From: Kondoa subrosea
Taxonomy: Eukaryota
Assembly (NCBI GenBank): GCA_039545335.1
Contig: BCIN01000002.1
Coordinates: 124,001-188,000, forward strand
Direction: 5' to 3'
Length of the DNA stretch: 64,000 nucleotides
The notes under the pieces are model-generated. The model was not told the origin of the DNA, searched no databases, and worked only from the letters and a program-made list of their open reading frames with translations. The translations under genes were made by a program, and so were the position numbers. Shown in pieces: positions 47,807 through 59,233 of the stretch; the stretch's first letter is position 1, and each line of letters begins with the position of its first letter.

Positions 47807-50800
47807 TCAACGCAATTCCCTCATCAAATACTTCACAGAAACAATCAACGACAACCCAAAAACAGCAATCCAAGCGAACTATTTCTCAGATCAGCGCAAA
47901 TTTGAAGCTGAGCAATGAAGACATACGATAACTAGCACATCTCTATAATACGCGTCCGGATGGAAACCAAAGAGCGTTTGCATAATCAGCGAAGCAGAAA
48001 CCTCAATCTGAACTCCCGAAAGTGTATCTTTGATGGGCAGACCAGAATTGACCTCATTGACAGCTACAAGCCTCTCAGTCAGGATGAGGCATGCTGAACT
48101 CCGAAAAGAGCGTACCTAAAGCTTCTAACGCATACTTGAGAGGACATAGCCATTGCAGCCAACGCAGAACAGGTGGAATCTTGTTGAGATTGACAAAGAA
48201 ACCAGCGAAAGCCATTTGAAACAGACACATAATAGCTGAGAAGAGTACAGCCACTCCAATAGACTTGATCAAGGTTGCCAAGAGTAGATTGAAGAGAGTT
48301 GCTGCAATACTATATTCGACGCAGATCAAGAGGAACTTGAAGAACCTCGCAGCTGATGGACTGAGGCCAACCATCCAGTAAGGGATCGTCCTATTAGAAT
48401 GCTTTCAATGAAGGGAATAAACAGAGACTGGAAGACCCACGAGACTATTATGGTTGGTATTCTGTCAAGGCAATGATCAGTCATCCTCCCAGCAACTGGC
48501 AATCTATACTCACATTCTCAAAGGGATAATATCGAATAGTATTCGCGAAAACAGCCATGCCGAAGGTGAATAGTACGAAGCGGCTCTTTCTCTGACGAAA
48601 AGAGGTCGCAATCCACCGAAATTGGCCAGTGCAGACAGCGAGGAGAATGCCAGCAGAGAACCAAGGAAGAAGAGTGAGCCAATCCGGTTCTGTTCGCCAG
48701 ATAGTCCTGAGAATCAGCCAAAGCAGGTTCAAGTATCAATATACGAACCTGGAAGCCGCCGATAGACAAATCCGTCTTAAAGTATAAACCACCCAAGAAA
48801 ATACCCAATGCAATAGCTACTGCAACATGTGCCAACAACAGACTCTTGTCTCGCATCAAGCTTTGCAATTCTCGACCGCTGAGTATTTCAAGCTGCGTCA
48901 ACACGCCAGTGACAGGTTGATGTCGTCGATGAGCTTGACCCGAGGGAGGGAAAGGTGTTTCTGGTGATTTGGCAAGGGTGTGGAGGGAATTTTGTGATTC
49001 TCGGCCAGCTTTGCTTTGGTCCGAGCTGGTCTTCGATAAACTGTTTTGAGGTTCAATAAAGATAGGTGCTGGTCTCTTCTCTCCAGGTAAAGAAGCGATT
49101 TCGAGCAGATGGTCAGCCATGTTGAAATCAGCAGGCAGAGGAAGTCCTTGCTCTCTGAATGTTTCTTCAGCAGACGATGCAGGACCAAAGTATACCTGAT
49201 GACCGCCTTCTGCTAATACACTGACAAGATCGAAAGCGTGATAAATACGAGAAGAAGGTTGATGTATAGTAGCGATTATTGTCGTCCTCGCGCGTTCGAA
49301 GTGCGTGTGTTCTTCGGCTACATCGCTTTCGCCTTTTGCCAAATCTCGAAGCACTTCAACGACGCGCAGAGCAGAAACAGAGTCCAAACCTGGCAATGGA
49401 ATGAGCGACAACACGGCAAGAAGCGAAGAGGGACTAACCAGAAGTAGGTTCATCAAGAATCAATATAGACGGCTGCGCCATGAGCTCAAGACCAATGCTG
49501 AGTCTTCGTCTTTCGCCTCCACTGATACCCCTTCGTTCAGTTGAGCCAATCCGAGAGTCTGCGATTCGAGTCAAGCCGAGTTGCCCCAGTACTTCCTCTA
49601 CGCGTTGTCTGTACAAGAAATCAGAATCTGCCAGCCTAGCTATAGCGGCAAATCAATAGACTTGCCTTTTGCTTTCCGTCGCTATGGACTCCGGCATCTT
49701 AAGTTCAGCAGCGAACATGAGCGCCTCGCGAACGGCTGTATATACATGTTGTAAGCCCCGTTTTTAGGATCGAAGAGAGAGCTCACTTGAATTAGGAGGC
49801 AAGATATCTTCTTGATCAACATAGCCGATTGTAGCTTTCGATGAGCTCATTTCAAAGTGATGCTCCTCTGAAACATCCAGTAGAGAAACTGAACCGCTGA
49901 CTGTGCCGACTTTACGTTTGCCCGCAAGAATGTCAACGAGAGTGCTGTGTTGCTTATCAGCATACGGCAATTCGATTGAAACAGAATGGTCACCTCTTTC
50001 CCGCTCCTGTATACGGCAACTCATCACTAATGAGAAATGTTTCGCAGGGAGCGAGATTCGTACTGACCTGAAGCACCAATGACAGCTAGCATACTGCCGC
50101 AGGGTACTTGACCAGAGACCGAGTCCAATACTCTTACACCACTTCCGTTTCTTGTGTAAGCCTTCTCTAGCGATCCATTCGTGGTAGGGACGATTTCCCT
50201 TCTCCTCAGCCGCAACAAAGGAGACGTAGTAGATGGTAAAGTGTAAGAAACATCATGCCATGCTAGTCCAACTTGCTTCGTGCTTCCTATTCTGGCACCA
50301 ATAGCTCTTCTTGCCTTATTTTGCTTGATCTTGCCCAACACGAGTAGCGCCAAAACGGCCAAAGCAATCACTCCCAGAACAACTAATCCACCAATAACAC
50401 CTCCGCTCAATCCGTCTCCTTTGTTTGATGCTATAGTAGGATCCAAGCGATCAATTACTCCTTGTCTCACACATTCGCCTGAACGACAACCGGTCAATGC
50501 TAGACCAGAAGCACCGAATAAACCGTTCAGAACTGCTTGCTTGAAATCGCACGAAGTAGTGTTTGTAGCGCAAGTGACATCCAAGGGTCCTTTAAGAGTA
50601 TTGATAACTGGTGTTAGATTCAGTCCAGAACCGCCACAAAAATCTCTTCCATCTATGCATGTACAAGATAAGGTTTCGCAATTGTAATCGACTGAAGATT
50701 GATCCGAGGAGTAAGATTGAGTGCATGTTGAAGCTTGACAGTAGAATTGCTCTAATGGTGGAGAAGAAGTGTTTGGCTGATAGAAAGCTTGAGCGAGCAG

Positions 50801-51378
50801 AGTTCCTGGATCGCCAAAAGGATAAGAAAGGGATATATTGGGTTGTACCGTCTTTTGGATGGCTAGAGTACTTGCTCCAGGCCAAATGGAAGTGAGTTGA
50901 GAGTTGTTGACGTCGCAATTGACAAAGCCCTGACTGTAGACGTAGGGATTTGTATTGCAGACCATAGTAGTGTTATCGATATTAACATTGGACAGGCTTG
51001 AAGAATCGGTAGACAATGTTGCTTGAGTCCCGCCAGGAGCAGAGGAACAAGATTGCGCAGTTGTGCAAACTATCAGAAAGAATTTAGCTAACCTTCCATT
51101 TGCGAGGATTGCTTCTTCAGAGACTCACTATTACATCCTACACCTTCAAATCCACTAGCGCATTGGGAAGCACAACTAGTCGAACCGGTATTCAAGGGAG
51201 CTCTGGTGTTCGGATCGAGCAAAGGATTTCCACAAGTCAATTCAGAGCAATCTGTACCTCCGAATTGAGGTGGACATTGGCAAGAACTACCCGATACGAC
51301 ACCATAGTTGAGACAGGTTTGAGCTTTGACACCAGTCAAAGCCAATAAACTGATATAAATCCAGAATAGAGCTTGCAT
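47807..51378 (-). CDS. ADP1: ABCG half-transporter with N-terminal EGF-like Cys-rich lumenal domain (ADP1-like)
   Basis: Signal peptide; [12 protein letters not shown]; Walker A GASGAGKST; signature ISGGERRR; Walker [22 protein letters not shown]2 membrane domain. Confidence 0.92.
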
Positions 51379-51761
51379 TGTGTTTTTATTTTGGCTTGTC
51401 CGTATACAGATAGAGGATAGACAGCTGAAGGGAAGCCGAGAGTCGCTTCGATCCGCTGAGTCTTGCTGGCAGCGCAGATTTCGGGTCTACCAAATTTCAC
51501 GGAGTTCTATTCAAGTTACAACCTGCTGCGACACGCTCTATATCCGACACAAGGGTATCGACGACAGCTCAGTCGAGCTTTGGGTATTTTCGATCTTCAC
51601 GTTCACTGTTTGCAAACAACCTTGGCTGAGAGACAAAACCTTGAGTGGAGATCGACCTTGGAGCGGGGTCCACGGTGGAAACATTGTTATGCTATATATG
51701 CCAGGTATGTTATTATGCTGAATTTATACAATGTTATGTTCCAAATCACAACTCTTGCATC

Positions 51762-54321
51762 TTATGCGTGCAACCTTGTTTCCACATTGTTTCGATGATT
51801 ACGATTCTTGACATGAATATCAAAGTTGGCCAGTGATTCGCCCGGTCCAGGAACATAGAGTTTACCAGGACAGTCCAAACATTTGATTCGATATTCATCA
51901 GGTGCGTTGGGATCGGTTTTCGCTCGGGGAATAATTTCGTAACGATCCGTCGGTCTTTCTTGTCGTAAAGCATTCATAGCATCTCTTAGCCAAGCCGGAA
52001 GCTATTCAATCACAACTTTCAGCTGTTCATTCCAGTAGACGAGAAAGAGCAACTCACATCTACCAATCGAGAATGCAAAGCGGAAGCAGCAGGCGGTGGT
52101 GGTTTCATATTCTTTCGACTAAACTCTTGCGTCGCTGCTGCTGCCGGAACAGGAGAAGCAGGACTAGCTGAACTATCTCTTTTTTTGACCACTAGAACTT
52201 GTGATTTTATTTCAGGTGAAGATTGTTTGATGATGAGTTTACGTGAAGAAGGAATAGGTCCAGCATCAGCTCTCTTCTTTGCCAGTTCGTCTGCTTTTTG
52301 GAAACCTCTGTGTCGTTCTGGATCTGTAGTGTATTCACAAGGTCTATTCTTCCTAAATCGAAGCCAATATTTGCCTAGTTCCAATTCCGATCAGCTCGTT
52401 TACCAATCGAGAAAGTAGAGAATTGCTCACCACATTCGCTACATAACGTCTTCTCACCCGATGGACCTCTTCTTCGACCCGGAACAACACCTTCAGGGCC
52501 ACCACAATTTGCGCAATGAAACTTGCCGTCAATATAGCAAACGTGTTGGTTGACTTCTTCAGGAGGAGGGTAAATCTTCTCTACTGGAGGCGGTTTGGTT
52601 GCAGTCGCTTTGGCTAATTTCCCATCATTCAATTCTTCCGGATCTTTGACTGGTTTATATCTTGGTTCCGTTGAGTGCGTTTGGTCCGGTCTGAATAATA
52701 TAGGATATGGTTGAGCAATTTCAGGTTGAGCAGGAATATATACTGGCTCATTGTCTTTGTTGGTAGTTAAAGTTGGCGGTAAATCACCAGGTCGAGGTAA
52801 GATGGTTCGATTAGTTTTCAGAGGTTCTCGATCCGGTAAAGTAACTCTTTGTCTTCCCTTTGTCTGTCTTCTCTTAGCTCTAGCTGTTCGATCTCTAGAT
52901 ATCTCGAACTGCGCCAATTCATCCTGTGACAATCTTTCTAATCGAGGTGTGAATTTATGGACCGTGTTTGCAGGTCGAACAGAGGCTGAAGCTTCACCTA
53001 GTGGAGGTAAGAAAGCAGGTTTGAGATCATCGCTATTGATAGGTCCACCTGGAATATGTTGGACCAGACTGAGCGATCGTGTATGTGCATCGATTTGTTC
53101 TCGTATCGAATGGGCAATAGCTGTAATGAAGTCTCCTGGTAGCCCCAGATCTATAGCGAGCTGCTGTGAGACTTCTTCAGGCGAATTGCGAGGGTCCGAG
53201 AGATCCCATTCGAGCTGATCTGCTAAATTCAATGTTCCGAGCGTGATGTCCAATTTGATGAGAATTCGAAGTTCTTCATGAATCGCTGGAGCTTTGATAT
53301 TTACAGTCGCGAAAGATTGGGAATCAGTTTGAGTTTCAGTATAAGGTGTATCCAGCTTGATTCGTTTCGCATCCTTTTCGCAATCTTCCCGGGAAAGGGA
53401 ATACACATTGTTCTCCCAAATGAAGGTTCTCGCATCTTGTATCTGCTCTTTGATCTGATTGGCTATGTCAATAACGAAGACATTCTGAACGCTTTGCGGT
53501 AAATGATAGTCTGCAACCATATGTCGAGAGAAGCCGCCTGGATCTGACAACTCATCTGTTATCCAAATCAGACACATGCGCATCTTCATCTCTGAAAAAG
53601 CAAAATTACCTCTAAGATTCCATGTAAAGGTATCCCGAATCTTGAAAGTATCATGTTCCGCATCAATACGAATCGGTATAAGCCATTCGTCTTCCTCCGC
53701 AATCTGTTGCCAAAGCGCTTTATCCCTTGCAGTGACCAAACCACCTCTCAATATGCCTTTCTTTCCACCAATCAGTTCAGCTTGACATTGATTAGCAAGT
53801 TTGGGTTGAAACATTTGAGAGCCTGCTTGAATAGCTTTAGGGTGACTTATTGAATTTGGACCCAACCAATCCATCATAGGTCTACCGTAAGAATCCAATC
53901 CTTGATCAGCGTTGGCCTTCATTGCATCCAACTTGCGCTTGAGATCATTTCTCTGCCTTGAAAGCACCTTGTCGTAATCCTGATCTTGCTGCATAAGGTG
54001 AAGCAACTGTTTCTGCTGTTGCGCAGAGAGAGGTTCAGGCAGAGAATCCTGTTCAGTCAAAGGAACAAAGGAAGTTGTAGAAGCCAAGACTGGCACTTTG
54101 AAGCTTTCTCGCGTATAACCAGTCAATGATTCCTCCAAAGTAGGTTTCACTTGAGGCATTCTACCGAAATCCACAACTCGCTGAACAATTTGCTCGTGCG
54201 TTAGGTTGGTCTGATTCATCAATCTATCCAACTCTGCTGCTATTCGAGGATTGTTGGATAGCGCTGCTGCTCGCAGTCGCTCCAGACTGGGCAGAGCGCG
54301 AGTATTGGAAGTGCCGCTCAT
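51762..54321 (-). CDS. SNF5: SWI/SNF subunit Snf5 with GATA-like finger and C-terminal zinc-finger-like domain
   Basis: LIPIRIDAEHDTFKIRDTFTWNL and LRILIKLDITLGTLNLADQLEWDL (SNF5 repeats); CANCG...RRGPSGEKTLCSEC; RIKCLDCPGKLY...FDIHVKNRNH. Confidence 0.88.
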
Positions 54322-54532
54322 GTGTGTTCGACGTGCATGAGCAACAAAAGAAGGTCATTCTCCAACAACTGTGTCTAGTGTGATTCTTCCTGGCTTAGCA
54401 TCCCTCGACGCAAGCCGCTGCAAGAACCGAGTGAGAAAGTTGGCAAGCGTAATACAGCACCTTAGGAATACAAGAAATTACAAGCGCTACAAACAACTCG
54501 TTTTACATTTGATCTCAGTCTCTTGCTCACAT

Positions 54533-55278
54533 CTACGAATCGTATGGTGGAGGCGGAATGTCAGAGCTTTCAGAATCCTCATCGCTGCAAAGCAGAGTTG
54601 AGAAATGGACAGCAGAGACTATGCTAAAGGCTCACTCTGCTGAGGTCTCGTCGCCTGCCAATGCCAACCTTTGTTCTCTCTGTCGCTCAATCATGTCATC
54701 CACTCCTTCGCCTGCCTCTACAGTCCATCCCTTGGCCGTTTGCTTTAAGCGCAGGAGTGCCTTGTCAGTATGCCTAGCGTAGAACAGACTGCCCTGACAG
54801 AAAGGTAAGAACGAGTGCATCAGAGCTGCCCGCAAACAACTTACAGAGCAGGGCGCGTTGAAGTGGAATGTTTGCAGAATCGCTGTCGATGCATACTCAT
54901 CGTTGAGACGCTTCGGGCAGGCATTCGGTTACTCACTATGTAACTTCAACAGCTATCCTCAGTACGATTCAGTTTACATTCTAAGAAGGTCATAAGTCAA
55001 TTTGACTCGCCTTCTGATCGTCTGCAGACATGTCCCAAGCATCCGAGCCATCAAATGATAGGTTCCGTTTCGCCCAACTGTTATTGGTTTCCCAAAACAG
55101 ATCTCTCAGTGTGGTGCCCTTAATAGCTACTCCTCTGATGGTATATCTATCTTTCTTGGGGTTATATAGATAAGTATTCATGGTTCAAGACAAGAAGGAA
55201 TGCTGATCAACAATGTTCGACTTACGTAAGCTTAAAAGGATAGACCCTTTTGGCTTCTTTATGGCACATGCCTGGCAT
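54533..55278 (-). CDS. Small multi-exon hypothetical protein ending in a PPPY motif
   Basis: Splicing (including one GC donor) gives ...LRDLFWETNNSWAKRNLSFDGSDAWD...LFYARHTDKALLRLKQTAKGW...DIPPPPYDS*. Confidence 0.5.
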
Positions 55279-55373
55279 CGGCAAAGCAATCTCACACTGT
55301 CGTGCTTTTCGTAATACAGCGGAAGCGGACTGTTTAATGCATCAAGCAATTTATAGTACAAGGTGTGAGCAAA

Positions 55374-56502
55374 TTACAACGCAATACGGCTGTATATATA
55401 ACATAGAAGAACACCTAGTAACATACCCGCCGGAAAACTTGAGAGAATTGACTGCAAGCGGTTTGAAACAGTAAGAGGTTTGACATCGTACGCCGAGAAA
55501 GGATGTTGGAGAGGTTGTCCTTCCGCTAGAGTGCCCAATTTCGATCCAACTCCAGGCTGCACATGTGTTGGTCAAGACTTAGAATTCGAGAGCTGAGAAC
55601 GTACCAGTCCATCTATCGATTTACCATTCTTTAATGCCCTGTCATAACAGAATCAGAAAGGAGTAACGCGACATTCAGAACAGAGGACAGCTCACCAATA
55701 ATGTATCATCCCTTTACTGGTACCTTTCTCCTCTTCATCTGCTTCTTCCCGCTTCTCTGCCCAATCCCGTAGTATCATTCGATCTGCTTTGTAGTCGAAG
55801 TAAGGTATCTGTCCGTTCCCAATGAGTGATGTTTTCTGCCAACCAGTCAGTAACATACCGAGAAGCCACCTGAGCAAGCATAGAGGTGAGAAAAGCAAAC
55901 CGCAGGAAGCTACCAAAGATTAAACTCACATGAGGTCCCGACTTAAGCAACCGTATTGTGAGTATGAAATTCAGGTGGCTTCCAGAGTTGATATAGTTTA
56001 CCTTTGTGTATGTCCAACTTTATGATTGCACGTATTCCGGGATAATCCCTCATTTCCGCAACAGGTAAGATCGCTTCAAATTCAGGCGTACCACGCAACA
56101 GCGGTAGACCTCGAGCAAAGAGTCGGACTATCTTTGGTGGACCTTCGAAAGCAATAAACATGATGGTGATGCGTTGATTCTCCCACAAATGAGCAATAGT
56201 CTCGCTTGTCTATTGTACTGATCAGTCTCAATCACCAAGAGTATGGAGAAGGGACATGTACGGAACCGGAGAGATCATAGTATAGAGCAGAACGAGGGCC
56301 AGTCAGGCGAAAATAGCTATGTCCCTTTGCAGACACATTGACATGACCATCGGGACTTTAGGATAGCAAGAATAAGATATTGCATGAAGATCAATAGAGT
56401 CAGAGAAGCGGACTGGAGAGGAGCTGTCGCTACAAAGAAGATCTTGCATGATTCGATGAACTCGGCCTCTTTTGACTCGACACTATCGAAGAATAGGCCC
56501 AT
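55374..56502 (-). CDS. Pyridoxamine 5'-phosphate oxidase-like FMN-binding protein with C-terminal TM
   Basis: IFFVATAPL..DGHVNVSAKG, YYDLSGS.SETIAHLWENQRITIMFIAFEGPPKIVRLF, VGTSCGFSIPYF, SIDGLPG. Confidence 0.88.
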
Positions 56503-57530
56503 TCGTGCAGGTATCACTTGCAAGGATATATGCTATGGCCTGCCGCAGCAGATCCTTACCAGTCACTGTTTGCTGAAAACCAGATGAGTCTTCTTCTGAA
56601 ACTGCGAGCAAGTCAATTCGTGCAAGGTAAATGTCGCTGTTGTGCCCTGTCATCTCTCTGTATACCCTTTCCCTCTCTCGAGATATGATGCTATACTGTA
56701 AAAGGTCAGACTCTTCGCGCTCAAGTTGTACCAAAATATATCTTGAGCGTGTCTGTTGTTTGGAAACGACTGCCTTGGTGCTCTTTTCTTGCACTACACG
56801 GATCTTGGTACTTTTGGTTGGGACAAGAATTCGTCGGCAGTCATGGCAACTTTGGATGGAAGTGTGCTCTTATATTCTCGAAGTCGGATTTACCTATCAC
56901 AGCTTTCAGAGGTCGATTGTAAAAGGCGAGAATTGATGAAACACACAAAGCAAAGGTTCTCTTATGTCCTTTGTTTTGGCTTCCTAATTTGGCTGTATTC
57001 GATAATGCTTCATTCGAATTATCAGTATAAGGCGGAAGCAAACATATTTTCTCTCTCATCTTCTTCCCGATTATCAAGGCCGAGCTCAACTTCTTCAAGC
57101 TTTATAGTAGTCTTTCGAGTGGAAATAACAGCAGAAAGGATCTTCAAAACTGTTTCAATTCGGGTCACATTATATTCGCTCGCTAAACAGCAGACTTCAA
57201 GCCAAAGTCTCACTGTGCTTGTAATTTCAAATGTCTGCGAGGATGTGTAGCGCAAATTTCAAGGAGCATGTTCTGAAGTCCTGGTTCGCAAGGCTGCCGC
57301 GCTCTTGTCGATCCAGTACAAAGATCTGCAAAGGAAACCAAACGACTGTTGCAACAGAGCATCAGAAATGGCGACGAACTTTTCCCTGACAACATTGCTT
57401 TAGAAATGATTGCTCGGGGCTGATCTCTTTTTGCTTCTGACCAGAATTTATCTTGTTCAAGTACACAATGCTGATACATGATTCTGTTATTGACAGTCTT
57501 TTCTCGGATGTGCTCAATAGCTGAATCAAG

Positions 57531-59189
57531 ATGACATCCTTTGCTCCTATAGCAACACTCCTTGGCTGGACTTTCCTACCTCGCTTCTTTTCCGGTTGGG
57601 TATTGAAAACCTTTTATACGGCCTCCCCTTCTGCCAAACCTAAAACACCAGAACAAGCTTCGAATCATGCTCGAGCAGCTCATCTCTTTGTCGTTGGCAT
57701 TTACCTTTTATACACCTTACACAGCTCGTATGCTGCTTTAGTGGATGAACAAAATTTCTACAGCATTCTCAACGTTTCTATTCCTTCTCCTACTGTTCAA
57801 GCTGAAATATGGGATAGACAAATGAAATTGCGTTGGCGAAGTTTAGCAAAACAATGGCACCCTGATAAATTGAAATCCGATTCCAGCGATAGTTTGAAAG
57901 CTTCTTACGAACAACGTTATGTGAATATGAGAAGAGCTTATGAAACTTTATCGGATCCTGCTAAGAAATTTGCTTACGATCGATTTGGTTGGGCTTTGGT
58001 TGAAGGTTGTGGGAAACAATGCATTACTCATAAAGATTATCTCATCAAGGGTTTGCAATCTGCTTTGGCTTTCTATGTGGCTACTCTGGTCGTCTTCGTC
58101 GGGTTATCAGTAGTTCGAAGAGGAGAGTTTGGGACATATGTAAGTCTGATCAGTTTGAGGTTCTCCAGCAGCTGAACAGTACCATAGTGGCGATATGTTT
58201 CATTTATCATCATGTTCGCAATCGAATTTCAAGTACTTACACAACCAGAATCTTATGAATCTTTGGCATCCACTCTTCCCTTTTTATCAAATTTCACTAC
58301 TTCCGAACATCTTTTGCTCTTACATCAACTCTTTCTTACTTTCAACTGTGCTATCTCTCAAATCGGTCCTGCTCTTTTCCCTTCCGCCCCTCAAACATTA
58401 AGTCGCGAAGAACAGATTGAACAAGATCTGGCCCAAATCATGCCTTACATGAATGAATTGACTAAAGCTTCCAATGCTACTGCAAGAGAAGCAGATCGGC
58501 TATTCAAACAAGGTGTTCAAACAGTCGTGGCTGGTGCAGTCAATGATCTTCCGATAGATGAAAGTGAGCAGAAAGCAGAGGAAGTAGTAGAACAAATCAA
58601 AGCGGCGATGATGAATTCAGTGTGCGATTTGACTGTAAGAAACACGCCGGAAGGTCAAGAGATTTGGCAAAGGGTAGTCAGCGACAGACGAAATGGCATT
58701 GCGGTGAAAGAGGAGGAAGAAGACGATACCTTGTCGGTCCAATCTGATGAACAAGGGGAGAATAAGTCTGTCAAGACGGAAGAAGAGCCGCTCGGCAAGC
58801 TAGAAAAGCGATCTGCAGATTCGATTGAGAGCATTCCACCTCTGCTGGAAAGCACCGCTACTCCACAAGCTCAGGTGGAAGAAGTTCACTCGTCAGAAGC
58901 CTCAGCCATGCCAACGGACCGCTCCTTCGAGCCAGCTACCGAAGTGCCGATACTTAAACATTCTTTGGTCACACAGCAAAAAGCATCAGCTAACACAGCA
59001 GCATTCGATCGATCAACAGGGCATCAAGTTGAAGAGCAACCCAACGATACTCCAATGCAGGTCGAGACCGACACAGACGCCTCGCTCACCGAAAAAGCCA
59101 ATTCCGGTGGATCTTCTCCTGTCTTAGTCGAGCGTCAAGATCTCCAGGATATCTTACGGGCAGATGAGGAGAAAAAGGATACTGCATGA
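57531..59189 (+). CDS. Membrane-associated DnaJ-domain protein
   Basis: NFYSILNV...WRSLAKQWHPDK...RRAYETLSDPAKKFAYDRFG, flanked by TM segments. Confidence 0.88.
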
Positions 59190-59233
59190 ATTCTGTAATA
59201 CTTGGAACCATATGTACTTTGTGCAATCTAGCA

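Noticed and set aside
56560..57480. Overlapping short ORFs on both strands
   Set aside because: No consistent spliced model or recognisable domain.
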